Part shown: positions 1-10,822 of the stretch, piece by piece
How the letters are laid out: every line of letters begins with the position of its first letter
Numbering within the stretch: the first letter of the stretch is position 1
Assembly (NCBI GenBank): GCA_964523395.1
Contig: CAZFXS010000008.1
Span: 74,693-138,692 of the forward strand
DNA length: 64,000 bases
Source: an uncultured Chlorobiaceae bacterium
GTDB taxonomy: Bacteria; Bacteroidota; Ignavibacteria; UBA10030; SZUA-254
Reading direction: 5' to 3'
The notes under the pieces: generated by a model
Database searches by the model: none
Seen by the model: the letters and a program-made list of their open reading frames with translations, nothing else
What the model was told of the DNA's origin: nothing
Translations under genes and position numbers: made by a program

Positions 1-568
1 TGCCGCCTATGCGCAGGAACAATTTGAACTTCCGCCGCCACCCCCGGCACAAATATTCGATGTGCGCTTTGGCACCGGCGTGTGGCTTGTATCCGTAAAT
101 GCCGGGTATAACGATGAACATTCCATCAGCATTTCGGGATCCTTTTTTCCTGTGAATATCAGTGTTCGAATAAAGGAGGCAGATATTAAAGGAGAGATAC
201 AGGTAGGAACAAACAGCATAACACTTTCTGAATTCACTTCCGCTGAAATTCTGAACCCGGAAGAATATATCGCACTGAGGTTTTCGCCTGCGCAACAGCT
301 TCCTGCTAACTATGTATTGCTTCAAAATTACCCGAACCCATTTAATCCTTCGACGCTGATCCGTTATGGGTTGCCGGAGGAAAGCCGCGTTACATTAAAA
401 ATCATCAACACACTGGGACAGGAAGTTCGTACTCTCGTCGACGAGATCCAAGCTGCCGGTTACAGGTCAGTCAGTGTTGATGCGGATAATTTGCCAAGCG
501 GGGTATACTTTTACCGTTTGCAGGCGGGAAGGTTTACCGACACGAAGAAACTTCTGCTCGTAAAATAG
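1..568 (+). CDS. T9SS C-terminal sorting domain-containing secreted protein (5'-truncated at window edge)
   Basis: The frame is open from base 2 with no upstream stop. The C-terminus [20 protein letters not shown]...[21 protein letters not shown] matches the Por_Secre_tail (T9SS CTD) pattern. Confidence 0.7.
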   Translation, partial: AAYAQEQFELPPPPPAQIFDVRFGTGVWLVSVNAGYNDEHSISISGSFFPVNISVRIKEADIKGEIQVGTNSITLSEFTSAEILNPEEYIALRFSPAQQLPANYVLLQNYPNPFNPSTLIRYGLPEESRVTLKIINTLGQEVRTLVDEIQAAGYRSVSVDADNLPSGVYFYRLQAGRFTDTKKLLLVK

Positions 569-793
569 GCCGCCCCTACGGGGCTAACCTGAATTTTGTA
601 TCCATCATTACAAACAGATCGTCCCTAACGGGACTCGAAATCAGCGATTTGTTCTAAGCTCTGCTAACAGATCACTTCTGATGTTATTCCATCCTCATTT
701 CAAACCAAGGGTTGCCGACCAAACCCAAATTTTACCGTATCCCTTACGGGACTCTTATCGCGGAACTTCGATAGGAGCGAACTGTTTCTTTCG

Positions 794-3700
794 TTAATTC
801 CCCGTCCCGGCAATTAGCGCTTCAGCAGGTTGAACCGGCGCGGGCGAATGCATTTCTTCCTGTTGCTCTTCCGATTCATGTTTCTCTTTTATGAAACGTG
901 ACAGAAGCGTGTACAACACCGGCACAAGCACAAGCGTCAGGAACGTGGAGAAAAACATTCCACCGACAACCGCAAGACCCAGCGGACGGCGCGATTCGGC
1001 ACCGGCGCCAAGCCCCAGTGCGATGGGAAGCACGCCGAAGATCGTGGAGAACGATGTCATCAGAATTGGGCGCAACCTGATCGTTGCCGCCTCGATAACG
1101 GCATCAGTCAGCGATTTCCCCTGTTCACGCAACTGGTTCGAGAACTCCACAATCAGAATGGAATTCTTCGTCACCAATCCCACAAGCATGATCAATCCGA
1201 TTTGAGAATAGATGTTCAGGCTTTCCCTGAAAATGAAGAGCGTCAGCAGGGCGCCGAACACCGCCAGCGGCACCGCGAGCAGAATGGTGAACGGATGGAC
1301 AAAACTTTCGAACTGCGCCGCAAGGACCAGGTAAATAAACACAACGGCAAGAAGAAACATAATATAGAGGCTCGAGCTGGAGGATTTAAATTCCAGCGAC
1401 TGCCCGGCGTACTCCCGTTTCATTCCCGCGGGAAGTTTTTCCGCGGCTATCCTGTCGAGATCATCCAGCGCCTGGCCGAGCGTGACACCCGGAACAATAT
1501 TCGCCGTAATCGTCGCCGAGCGGACTCTGTTATGGTGATTGAGTTCCTTCGGTGCAAGCGTTTCGTCAACGCGGACAACATTGGCAAGCTGTACCAGTCC
1601 GCTTTTACTGCGGATATAAATTTCCCTGATGGCGTCCGGCGTCGCCCGCGCGGCGGGTTTCATCTGCAGGATGACATCATACTGCTTTGTGCCGCGCTTG
1701 AAATTCGTCACTGCTCTTCCGCCAAGCAATGTCTCAAGCGTCGTACCGATATCGGAAACCGAAGCGCCGAGACCTGCCGCCCGTTCACGGTCGATAGTGA
1801 GATCAAGCTGCGGCTTATTAAGACGCAGATCAGTATCAAGATTAATAAGATATCCGAGCTTCGATGCTTCGGCAACCATTGTGCCGACAGCCTGATTCAG
1901 TTCTTCATAGCTGTCACCCTGCACAACATATTGCACAGGACTCGAGCTGAAATTTCCACCCAGACTGGGAGGATTGATGACAAACGCCAGAACGCCCGGA
2001 ATCGAAATCAACTGCGGAAAAAGCTCCTGCACAATTTGCTGTTGCGATTTATCCCGCTCGCTTTGTGGCTTTAAATTCAAAAAAATAAATCCGTTGGTCA
2101 CGCGGCCCGGGCCGCCGAAACCAAGTCCGATTGCGGTAAAGAGGGCACGACGCTCCGGAAGAGCGAGCAATCTGCGTTCAACTTCACGCATATATTTATC
2201 AGTGTAATCGAGCGTAGCGCCTTCAGGTGCAATCACAATCCCAAACCCGATGCCCCTGTCCTCCGTTGGCACAAGCTCACTTGGTAAAAATTTAAACAGG
2301 ACAAGACTGAGAACAACGGTAAGCACTGAAGCGACAATCATTAACGCGCGATGGCGCATTGCAAATCTGAGAGTTTTATCGTACACCCTGTTGAGTGATT
2401 CAAAAAACGCGTCGAATGAACGTGAAGCCCAGTTGTTTCCCGTATGATGCAATGGTTTCAGAATCTTTGAACAGAGCATCGGCGTCAGCGTCAACGCAAC
2501 AAATCCTGAAATGAGCACGGATACCGCAAGTGTTACACCAAATTCGTTAAACAATCTTCCAACGGATCCCGTGAGAAACGCGAGCGGAACAAATACCGCA
2601 ACAAGTGTGATCGTCGTTGCTACAACTGCAAAACCGATTTCACTGCTGCCATCGAACGCCGCGCGACGGCGATTCTTTCCCATTTCCATGTGACGGTAAA
2701 CGTTTTCCAGCACGACAATGGCATCGTCAACGACAAGCCCGATAGCAAGCACGAATGCAAGCAATGTGAGGATATTGATGGTGAATCCGGCAAAGTACGC
2801 CACCGCGAGAGCGCCAATAATAGAAATCGGGATTGCAACAGTGGGGATTGTCGTTGCGCGCATGCTTTTCAGGAACGCGAAAACAACCAGAATAACCAGG
2901 CAGAGCGCGATGAGCAGTGATTCTATAACTTCATCGATTGAATCGTTAATGAAATTGGATGAGTCGTACGCGACATCCAGTTTCATTCCTGCCGGCAATA
3001 ATGTTTTCAGATCATCAAGAGCGTTACGCACTTCTTCTGCGACGTCAACTGTACTCGCTTTGGATTGCTTGACGATACCGAGCCCCACCGCCGACTCGCC
3101 GTTATACCGCGCGACGGTCCGCTCATCTTCGGCACCGACACCCACTTCAGCGACATCGCGCAAACGGACGAGATCATCTTTGCTCTGGGAAACGATAATC
3201 GCACCGAATTCTTCCGGTTTGGAAAGCTCACCGCGGGTTTGCACGGAGAATTCACGCTCCGCGCCTTCAATTCTGCCGGCAGGTATTTCCGCGTTTTCCC
3301 TTCTGATCGCGGATTCGACATCCTGTACCGTTAACCCGTGCGCTGCCATACGCAGAGGATCGAGCCAGACTCTCATTGCATAGCGCCGTTCACCGCCGAT
3401 AATCACCGAGCCGACACCCGGCAGGCGTTGTATACGTTCCTTTAAAATACGGTCGGCAACATCGGTTAATTCCAGTCCGTTGTGACGCTCGCTAAACAGC
3501 GCGAGCCAGACAACCGCCTGCGCGTTCGCGTCAACTTTGGAAATAATCGGGTCATCGATTTCGCGGGGAAGGCTTCCGCGTACACGCGACGTTCTGTCAC
3601 GGACATCATTTGCCGCTTCGTCCACATTACGGCCGAGCTCGAACTCAATAGTAATAACAGAACCCTGTTCGCGGCTCGATGAAGTCAGCGTCTTTACCCC

Positions 3701-3925
3701 TTCGAGTGTTGCGTATTGTTCTTCAAGCACATTTGTAATTTCCGTTTCAACAACGCTCGGGCTGGCGCCGCGATAGAATGTTACGACGGAAATAATCGGC
3801 GGATCGATATCCGGATATTCGCGTACGGGTAATCGCGTGAACGCGATGATCCCGAACAGCAGGATGGTAAAGCTCATCACACTGGCAAAGACCGGACGTT
3901 TGATGGATGTGGTACTGATCTTCAT
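794..3925 (-). CDS. RND efflux transporter permease subunit (AcrB/HAE1 family)
   Basis: 1043 aa with a typical 12-TM AcrB-like architecture and conserved AcrB-like sequence blocks throughout. It sits with MFP and TolC genes. Confidence 0.9.
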   Translation of the reverse strand: MKISTTSIKRPVFASVMSFTILLFGIIAFTRLPVREYPDIDPPIISVVTFYRGASPSVVETEITNVLEEQYATLEGVKTLTSSSREQGSVITIEFELGRNVDEAANDVRDRTSRVRGSLPREIDDPIISKVDANAQAVVWLALFSERHNGLELTDVADRILKERIQRLPGVGSVIIGGERRYAMRVWLDPLRMAAHGLTVQDVESAIRRENAEIPAGRIEGAEREFSVQTRGELSKPEEFGAIIVSQSKDDLVRLRDVAEVGVGAEDERTVARYNGESAVGLGIVKQSKASTVDVAEEVRNALDDLKTLLPAGMKLDVAYDSSNFINDSIDEVIESLLIALCLVILVVFAFLKSMRATTIPTVAIPISIIGALAVAYFAGFTINILTLLAFVLAIGLVVDDAIVVLENVYRHMEMGKNRRRAAFDGSSEIGFAVVATTITLVAVFVPLAFLTGSVGRLFNEFGVTLAVSVLISGFVALTLTPMLCSKILKPLHHTGNNWASRSFDAFFESLNRVYDKTLRFAMRHRALMIVASVLTVVLSLVLFKFLPSELVPTEDRGIGFGIVIAPEGATLDYTDKYMREVERRLLALPERRALFTAIGLGFGGPGRVTNGFIFLNLKPQSERDKSQQQIVQELFPQLISIPGVLAFVINPPSLGGNFSSSPVQYVVQGDSYEELNQAVGTMVAEASKLGYLINLDTDLRLNKPQLDLTIDRERAAGLGASVSDIGTTLETLLGGRAVTNFKRGTKQYDVILQMKPAARATPDAIREIYIRSKSGLVQLANVVRVDETLAPKELNHHNRVRSATITANIVPGVTLGQALDDLDRIAAEKLPAGMKREYAGQSLEFKSSSSSLYIMFLLAVVFIYLVLAAQFESFVHPFTILLAVPLAVFGALLTLFIFRESLNIYSQIGLIMLVGLVTKNSILIVEFSNQLREQGKSLTDAVIEAATIRLRPILMTSFSTIFGVLPIALGLGAGAESRRPLGLAVVGGMFFSTFLTLVLVPVLYTLLSRFIKEKHESEEQQEEMHSPAPVQPAEALIAGTGN

Positions 3926-3930
3926 AATAG

Positions 3931-5010
3931 TTACCCTCCGGCTTTCGTTGTATCTTTCTGGCTCATCATCGGCATCACTTTTCCGCCGTCAAACAATTTC
4001 TGATGCCCCGCGCGGACTACGGTCATACCCGGTTCAAGTCCGTTAAGGACTTCCACGACATCGGGGTATCTTGTTCCCAATGTCAGCGGCGCGCGCGCCA
4101 CTGTACTGTCAGCTTTTACAATAAATACAAAGGATTGATTCCCACTGCCGAATACCGCTTCGCTGGGAATCGTTAATGCGTTGGGGCGTTCGCTTAACAC
4201 GGCAGAAATATTGGCGGACATACCTGGGCGGAATTTCCTGCCGGCATTCTGCACACGCGCCACAACGCGCGCACTTCGTGTTGTCGGATCTATAACTGGT
4301 TCCACGACAACTATTTTCCCAGATAACTCAACATCCGAGAACGCGGTTGTGGAAACGGTTACCGTCGCGCCCTGATTTAAACGCGAAAGAAAACGCTCCG
4401 GCGCCGAAAATGTCACCCTGATTTCATCGATGTTCGCAAGTTCTGTGACAGCCTGTCCGCCTCGGAGAAATGTTCCGACGCTTATTTTCCTTGCGCCAAT
4501 AATTCCATCGAACGGCGCGACAATTTTGGTTTTATCAAAGCGGGCTTTTGCAAGGGCAAGGTTTGCCTCCGCTACTTTTAGCGCAGCAGCCGCATCATCT
4601 AAATCCTGCGGTGCACCGGCTTTTTGATCGACGACTGATTTTACGCGGTCATACGTTGACTGGCTTTGCGCGCGTAACGCCTCGGCGCGGGAAAGCTCCG
4701 CGGCAAGTTGAGCATCATCAAGCTGTGCGATGATGCCTCCTTTTTCAATAAATCCACCTTCTCTGAATGGCAACGCTTTCACCGCCGCGTCAATTTCAGA
4801 GACAACAGTAATTGCTTCAATCGCCTCAATTGTGCCGACCGCTTCAAATTTATCATACACTTTTTGTACGGTCACCGGGCTAACCTCCACCGGCATCGGC
4901 GGCATGGAAAATCCGCCACCGGCTTTGTTCCCTCCGCAACCGGCAACAACAGATATCACAAGAACCGCAGAGATAATGAAAATATTTTTTTTCGACAGAG
5001 GATATATCAT
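3931..5010 (-). CDS. RND efflux periplasmic adaptor subunit (membrane fusion protein)
   Basis: Lipoprotein-like N-terminus, coiled-coil and beta-barrel segments typical of AcrA/HlyD-family adaptors. It lies 6 bp upstream of the RND permease. Confidence 0.85.
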   Translation of the reverse strand: MIYPLSKKNIFIISAVLVISVVAGCGGNKAGGGFSMPPMPVEVSPVTVQKVYDKFEAVGTIEAIEAITVVSEIDAAVKALPFREGGFIEKGGIIAQLDDAQLAAELSRAEALRAQSQSTYDRVKSVVDQKAGAPQDLDDAAAALKVAEANLALAKARFDKTKIVAPFDGIIGARKISVGTFLRGGQAVTELANIDEIRVTFSAPERFLSRLNQGATVTVSTTAFSDVELSGKIVVVEPVIDPTTRSARVVARVQNAGRKFRPGMSANISAVLSERPNALTIPSEAVFGSGNQSFVFIVKADSTVARAPLTLGTRYPDVVEVLNGLEPGMTVVRAGHQKLFDGGKVMPMMSQKDTTKAGG

Positions 5011-5046
5011 GAGAGTACCTTTATACCTTTCTCTTAAAGATCAAAC

Positions 5047-6600
5047 TTATTTTGCGGAAGAATACGACCCGGACGTCAGTAACTGTAAATCAACGGCGGC
5101 ATTCGCGCTGCGGATCAACGCCTGAGTGTATCGCTGTTGCGCCACCGCGAAATCTGCACCCAGCCTGACGAGTTCAAAGGCAGTGGTACGGCCGTTTTGA
5201 AATTCGATAATACCTATGCGCACCTGTTCCTGCGCCGCTTCTACGCCGGCACGCGCCGCGCTCAAGCGCGCCCTGCCGTGAGCCAATTCATTGTATGTCG
5301 ACCTCACCTGATCTTCCAGCATTCGTTTCTGCTGAATGTACCGCTGTTCCGCTATGACAACCTCCGCATTCAGCCTGTCTTTTTCCCCGAAACCACTGCG
5401 GAATCCCAATGGAATGCTTACTTCAACTCCAACACTCCACGACGGAAACTTTCTTTCAACCGCCTGGCTCACTGCATCGCTGAAATCTCCGTTCACTGTT
5501 GTCCGCAACGTATCACTTCCGAAAATAACATCCTGCGGTGTTCCGGAAAGTCCGTTCCCCCCCAAGGATCCGACAAGATTTACACTCGGTAATGCTTCCC
5601 ACCATGCGGCACTTGCCAGCGCGCGCTTTGCTTCAACATCAGATTCAGCCGCTTTAATCCCAAGATTATTCTGGATTGCCTGATTGATAAGAACATTTAT
5701 ATCCTGCAAAGGGAAATCTTCCCGGGGATTATCAACAGTAATAAACCGGTGCTGATTTCCTTCAGGGCGCACACCGATGAAGGTCGCAAGCTGATCGGAA
5801 AATCTGTCTAATTGTTCTTCACGTTCTAGGAGAAAAATTTCCTGTTCCGCCAGAAATGTTCTCGCGTTAGCGACCTGGTTCGGTCCCACGAGTCCTGCTT
5901 TCGCGCGCAATTCTGTTTCGCGCAAAAATGCTTCGCCGCGGTCACGGGTAAGTTTCTGCACGGCATAATCACGCTCGGCCGCGTAGAGCGCCCAGTAACT
6001 TTTCTCGGCCTGTGTTGAAGTCGCCAGAACTTCCTGATCGTAACGGGCCTTCGCAGCGTTTAATTCTTCCTCTGATTTTACAACCATTTTCCGCGCGGAA
6101 ACATGGAATCCGCCCAGCAGCGGCTGACGCAACGAGAGCGTCCCGACTGTAGTATATTGAGGATTCAGAAACGCAAACGATGAGTTTGAGTTCAACCTGA
6201 CGGAACTGAGCGATGCTTCAAGCCTTGTTCCGAGCGGAGATTTCCACCGCAGACCGGCACTGCTGTTTGTTTGTACCGTCGCAAGCACCTGCGCGCCGGC
6301 AAAGAACGAAGCCGACGGCTGTTTCTGATCAAAATAATTCAGCGAGAAAAAGAGCTCGGGATCAAATGCGCCTGACTCCCTGCGGTCCGCTCCCTGCGCG
6401 GCAAGAAACGATGCTTCTGCGGTTTTCACCGACGTCGCATTCTCCAGCGCGTATTGTAGCGCGGTTTGCAGCGGCAACGAGGTACCCTCTAATTTGTCGA
6501 GAATATTTTGCAGCGCGCTGTCCGGATTAAAGGCTGACTGACCAAAGCCGGCGTTTATTCCGATGAAGAATACAAGAAAAAATACTACAGAGTATTTCAT
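5047..6600 (-). CDS. TolC family outer membrane efflux protein
   Basis: About 515 aa with a signal peptide (MKYSVVFFLVFFIG...) and two repeated coiled-coil/beta halves typical of TolC/OprM. It is the first gene of the tolC-MFP-RND operon. The start was chosen at the internal Met that begins the signal peptide. Confidence 0.8.
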   Translation of the reverse strand: MKYSVVFFLVFFIGINAGFGQSAFNPDSALQNILDKLEGTSLPLQTALQYALENATSVKTAEASFLAAQGADRRESGAFDPELFFSLNYFDQKQPSASFFAGAQVLATVQTNSSAGLRWKSPLGTRLEASLSSVRLNSNSSFAFLNPQYTTVGTLSLRQPLLGGFHVSARKMVVKSEEELNAAKARYDQEVLATSTQAEKSYWALYAAERDYAVQKLTRDRGEAFLRETELRAKAGLVGPNQVANARTFLAEQEIFLLEREEQLDRFSDQLATFIGVRPEGNQHRFITVDNPREDFPLQDINVLINQAIQNNLGIKAAESDVEAKRALASAAWWEALPSVNLVGSLGGNGLSGTPQDVIFGSDTLRTTVNGDFSDAVSQAVERKFPSWSVGVEVSIPLGFRSGFGEKDRLNAEVVIAEQRYIQQKRMLEDQVRSTYNELAHGRARLSAARAGVEAAQEQVRIGIIEFQNGRTTAFELVRLGADFAVAQQRYTQALIRSANAAVDLQLLTSGSYSSAK

Positions 6601-6669
6601 TGCTATGTTTGAGTTAATAGGAAAAATTATCACTTGCTTATGGTAAGCAGTAAATGGAAAAGATTGTTG

Positions 6670-9084
6670 CTACTTCTTAACCTGTTTTGATGAAGCCCGC
6701 TCTCCGCCAAACACATACGGGATTGCTTCCAGGATAGTTTCAACAGGAACAATGTTCAATCCTTCTTTGACTTTATCCTGAATTTCAACCAGATCCTTTT
6801 CATTTTCTTTTGGAATGAGAACTGTTTTCATGCCGCTCCGTTGCGCGGCAAGCAATTTTTCGTTTAGTCCGCCGATGGCAAGAACATTGCCGCGAAGGGT
6901 TATCTCTCCGGTCATCGCAACATCGTTCCTCGCCGGTTTGTTTGATGCGGCAGAGATCATAGCCATCGCCATTGTAATGCCGGCAGACGGGCCATCTTTA
7001 GAAATAGCGCCTTCCGGCAGATGAATATGAATTTCTTTCTTCTGATAAAACGTCGGCGGAACGCCAAGCTCTTTTGCGTTTGAGCGGATATAACTCAATG
7101 CAGCTTGCGCTGATTCCTTCATTACTTCGCCGAGTTTGCCCGTTAATGTCAACCGCTCATTGCCATTCATTATTGTAACATCAACATTCAGGATATCACC
7201 GCCGACACTCGTCCACGCGAGGCCAACGACAGAACCAACACGCCGTTTTCTGTCAGCGCGCTTGTCCCTGTATTTCGTTACCCCGAGATATTCTTCGACT
7301 TTCTTTTCGTTGATGGTGACAGCTTTGGGGTGATGTTTTTTTCCGTTTTGCTGTTTGCGGAAAACAAGGTCTTTCGCGACTTTCCGGCACACGGAGGCAA
7401 TTTCCCGCTCGAGATTCCTTACTCCGGCTTCCCGTGTGTATTGCTGTATAATTTTGGTGATGGCTTTGTCGTCGAAAATAACTTTTTCTTTCGTTAAACC
7501 ATGCTCTGCGAGTTGTTTTGGAATAATATGCCGTTTTGCGATTTCAATTTTGTCATACTCCAGGTAACCCGGAAGCTCTATCACTTCCATTCTATCTAAA
7601 AGCGGAAGTGGAATATTGTACCGCACATTCGCAGTGGTAATAAACATCACGTGAGAGAGGTCGTAGTCGACATCAAGATAGTGGTCGTTGAACGAGGTGT
7701 TCTGTTCGGGATCAAGAACCTCGAGAAGTGCCGACGCCGGATCGCCGCGGAAGTCCATTGCCATTTTATCAACTTCGTCCATAAGAATGACCGGATTGAC
7801 AACACCGGCACGCCGTAACGATTGAATCAGCTTACCGGGCATTGAGCCGATATACGTACGGCGATGGCCATGAATCTCTGCTTCATCACGGACACCACCC
7901 AATGAAATACGTACAAATTTTCTGCCAAGCGCTCTCGCGATGGATTTACCAAGCGATGTTTTACCGACACCGGGCGGACCGACAAAGCAAAGAATCTGCC
8001 CGCGCATTTCTTTCACAAGATTCAGTACGGCAATATGTTCGAGAATACGTTCTTTCGGTTTTTCAAGTCCGAAATGATCTTCATCCAAAATCTGTTGGAC
8101 ATGCTTGATGTTAAGATCGTCTTCCGTCCGTTTGTACCAGGGAACTGCAATCATCCAGTCAAGATAATTGCGACTGACACCGAACTCAGGCGATTGCGGC
8201 GGAGTCTTTTTTAGTTTGGTGAATTCTTCCATCGCTTTGTCATGCACTTCCTTCGGCATTTTCGCCTCATCGATCTGTCGTTTCAGCTTCTCGAGTTCCG
8301 GCGGCATGATTTCATCGGAGCCAAGCTCATCCTGCAGAACGCGGATTTGTTCCTGCAGTAAAAATTTCTTTTGCGCGCGCTGGATGCTGTCGTGAACTTT
8401 GGTATCGATGTCTTTTTCAATTTTCAGGATGTCGAGTTCCGACGCAAGGATTTTCGCCACCTCAAAGTACTGATCTTTGATGGTGTGCCGCTGAAGTATT
8501 TTTTGTTTCACCTCAACGGTTTGCATGATGTTGGAGGCAATGTAAAACAGCTTATGCTTTGTATCGGTGATTTGTTCAAAGGAACCGAGGATATCCGCGG
8601 GGATGTTGCGGTTCAACTGGGCATACTCTGAGAACAACGACGAAGCATGTCGGATCAGCGCGTCGTTTTCCTGCGTGCTGATATACTCATCGTCGATGAC
8701 TTTAATCTGAGCTTCGAGGAATTCATTGTTCGTCCCGAAAGAGACTATCGATGCATGCGCGACGCCATCGACGAGAATTTTCATCAATCCGTTGGGGAGT
8801 TTTTGTGTCTGGACAATCTTGCCGATGGTTCCATCCCAGTAGATATCGTCCTTGCCCGGATCGTCCATCGTGGAATTTTTTTGCGCGCTGAGGAAGACGT
8901 AGTTCTGGTGACTGATGGCATGCGTTGCCGCGCGGAGGGAGGAGGTTCTTCCGATCAACACCGGGTAAAGCATGTAAGGGAAAAAGACCACATCGCGTAA
9001 CGGGAGGACAGGCAATCGTTCCGGAAATTTGTCATTGGTGACGGTGCGGTCATTAGCCGCAGAATGTGACTCTTTGCGTATCAT
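6670..9084 (-). CDS. lon: ATP-dependent protease Lon (endopeptidase La)
   Basis: 804 aa. It has an N-terminal LON substrate domain, a Walker A motif (GPPGVGKTS), an AAA+ module, and a C-terminal S16 protease region (PKDGPSAGITMAMA). Confidence 0.95.
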   Translation of the reverse strand: MIRKESHSAANDRTVTNDKFPERLPVLPLRDVVFFPYMLYPVLIGRTSSLRAATHAISHQNYVFLSAQKNSTMDDPGKDDIYWDGTIGKIVQTQKLPNGLMKILVDGVAHASIVSFGTNNEFLEAQIKVIDDEYISTQENDALIRHASSLFSEYAQLNRNIPADILGSFEQITDTKHKLFYIASNIMQTVEVKQKILQRHTIKDQYFEVAKILASELDILKIEKDIDTKVHDSIQRAQKKFLLQEQIRVLQDELGSDEIMPPELEKLKRQIDEAKMPKEVHDKAMEEFTKLKKTPPQSPEFGVSRNYLDWMIAVPWYKRTEDDLNIKHVQQILDEDHFGLEKPKERILEHIAVLNLVKEMRGQILCFVGPPGVGKTSLGKSIARALGRKFVRISLGGVRDEAEIHGHRRTYIGSMPGKLIQSLRRAGVVNPVILMDEVDKMAMDFRGDPASALLEVLDPEQNTSFNDHYLDVDYDLSHVMFITTANVRYNIPLPLLDRMEVIELPGYLEYDKIEIAKRHIIPKQLAEHGLTKEKVIFDDKAITKIIQQYTREAGVRNLEREIASVCRKVAKDLVFRKQQNGKKHHPKAVTINEKKVEEYLGVTKYRDKRADRKRRVGSVVGLAWTSVGGDILNVDVTIMNGNERLTLTGKLGEVMKESAQAALSYIRSNAKELGVPPTFYQKKEIHIHLPEGAISKDGPSAGITMAMAMISAASNKPARNDVAMTGEITLRGNVLAIGGLNEKLLAAQRSGMKTVLIPKENEKDLVEIQDKVKEGLNIVPVETILEAIPYVFGGERASSKQVKK

Positions 9085-9301
9085 ATGTGTCGTTTTAAGC
9101 TATTCTATCGATAAAAAAGTCCCGAAGGGAAACGGGACGCAAGAAGGGTGTTTCTTGACTGTAAAAATATACTAAGAACAACCTATGGAAGCAAGACGGG
9201 TGTAAACATATCTCATTCTGTTTGTAACCTTCGTTTTGATTCAACTGTTACAAATAATTTCTTATATTGGTCGTCGAACAGCCATTTCGCTCTATTATTA
9301 T

Positions 9302-10438
9302 ATGAACGATTTCACAAAACTCATTCAGAAATCATACGGCTCATTCAAGGTTAAAGATTTTACCGGCCGGAATTTCAAACCGGCGATGTTCCATTCCCTG
9401 CTCAAGGAACTGATAAAAAAATCCGACGGTATCATCTCACTTGAGCAGGCGGGGACATCATTCGAGAGCCGTCCAATTTATCTTATCCGCGTTGGAACCG
9501 GTGCAACAAAAGTTCTCCTCTGGTCGCAGATGCACGGCGATGAATCGACCGCAACGATGGCGATTGCCGATATATTGAACTACTTCATCCTCAACCGCAA
9601 TACTGATGAAGCACGAACATTGTTTTCATCATTGAGTCTGTATTTCGTCCCGATGCTGAACCCCGACGGAGCGGAACGGTTCCAGCGCCGCACGGCGCAG
9701 AACATCGACATGAACCGCGACGCGCTCGCGCTTGTCACTCCCGAAGCGAGGCTGCTCAAACAATTACAGAACGATCTCAAGCCGGAATTCGGATTCAACC
9801 TGCACGACCAGGAATTAAGCACCGTCAGCCAGGCAAAAGAACTGACGGCCATCGCGCTTCTCGCTCCGGCATTTAACGTGGAGAAATCAGATAATGAAGT
9901 CCGCACAAAAGCGAAACAACTCGGCGCAGTCTTTGCCTCAGCGATGCAGGAAATTATTCCGGGAAAGATGGCGCGCTACGACGACAGCTTTGAGCCGCGC
10001 GCATTCGGCGACAATATGCAAAAATGGGGGACAAGCACATTACTCGTGGAATCGGGACATTCACTGAACGATTCCGAAAAACATTTTATCCGCTCGCTCA
10101 ATGTTATCGGAATACTTTCGTGCTTTCATTCAATAGCTGATAAATCGTACGGGAAAGCGAACACCACGCACTACGAACAACTTCCTTTTAATGGGAAACG
10201 CGCCTATGATATCGTGATCAGAAATATCAGAGTGGATTATGGCGGAGGAAAAACTACAACAGCAGATTTAGGAATCTCATACCAGGTTGACACGCATTCG
10301 GAAACAACACCGAAACTCGTCGACCTCGGTGACCTTCATACATTCATGGGATTGAAAGAAATTGATGGGAAGGAAAAATTAATTTCATCGGCACTGCTTA
10401 CTCTCGGCAGTGCGTTTGAGTGGGAGAGATTTATATAA
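9302..10438 (+). CDS. M14-family zinc carboxypeptidase-like protein
   Basis: HxxE zinc motif (QMHGDE), NPDG and DMNRD motifs, and a later His (NLHDQE), all typical of peptidase M14. The start was placed at the internal ATG (MNDFTKL). Confidence 0.6.
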   Translation: MNDFTKLIQKSYGSFKVKDFTGRNFKPAMFHSLLKELIKKSDGIISLEQAGTSFESRPIYLIRVGTGATKVLLWSQMHGDESTATMAIADILNYFILNRNTDEARTLFSSLSLYFVPMLNPDGAERFQRRTAQNIDMNRDALALVTPEARLLKQLQNDLKPEFGFNLHDQELSTVSQAKELTAIALLAPAFNVEKSDNEVRTKAKQLGAVFASAMQEIIPGKMARYDDSFEPRAFGDNMQKWGTSTLLVESGHSLNDSEKHFIRSLNVIGILSCFHSIADKSYGKANTTHYEQLPFNGKRAYDIVIRNIRVDYGGGKTTTADLGISYQVDTHSETTPKLVDLGDLHTFMGLKEIDGKEKLISSALLTLGSAFEWERFI

Positions 10439-10499
10439 TAAAAAGGTGTCGGAGTTAAACTCCGACACCCTAATTAAACTTCCGACCCCGTAATTGTTA

Positions 10500-10811
10500 T
10501 TACTTACCCCAGCCTAACAGCGAGGCGCACACAATGTAAATGATCCACAACCCGAACACCACCGCCATACTTTTGCCGGCCGGCTGTCCGGTAACTTTTG
10601 ACATTCCGACACCGACAACCGACGTCTGCCAGATGGAAAAAACACTTAACGACGCAAGAAGATTGTGGACAAAATTTCCATGCTCAAACGAATCTTTGAT
10701 AAAAAAGACCGGTCCGGGCTGAGCGTACATCGAATCCATCGAGTACATCATTAAAAGTGAAATTAACGTTCCAAGCAATCCGATAAGAAAGCTCAATCCG
10801 TATACTTCCAA
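10500..10811 (-). CDS. hypothetical membrane protein (possible C-terminal half of a split Yip1-like gene; TTG start)
   Basis: Three predicted TM helices. It begins 12 nt after the upstream ORF's stop in the -1 frame, and that frame stays open upstream. Confidence 0.35.
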   Translation of the reverse strand: MEVYGLSFLIGLLGTLISLLMMYSMDSMYAQPGPVFFIKDSFEHGNFVHNLLASLSVFSIWQTSVVGVGMSKVTGQPAGKSMAVVFGLWIIYIVCASLLGWGK

Positions 10812-10822
10812 CAGTTTTTTTT

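Noticed and set aside
1202-2074. 290-aa plus-strand ORF antisense to the RND permease gene (and similar antisense ORFs at 2718-3383 and 3537-3776).
   Set aside because: It is entirely embedded opposite a well-supported AcrB-family gene, has an Arg-rich low-complexity translation typical of antisense reading of GC-rich coding DNA, and shows no motifs.
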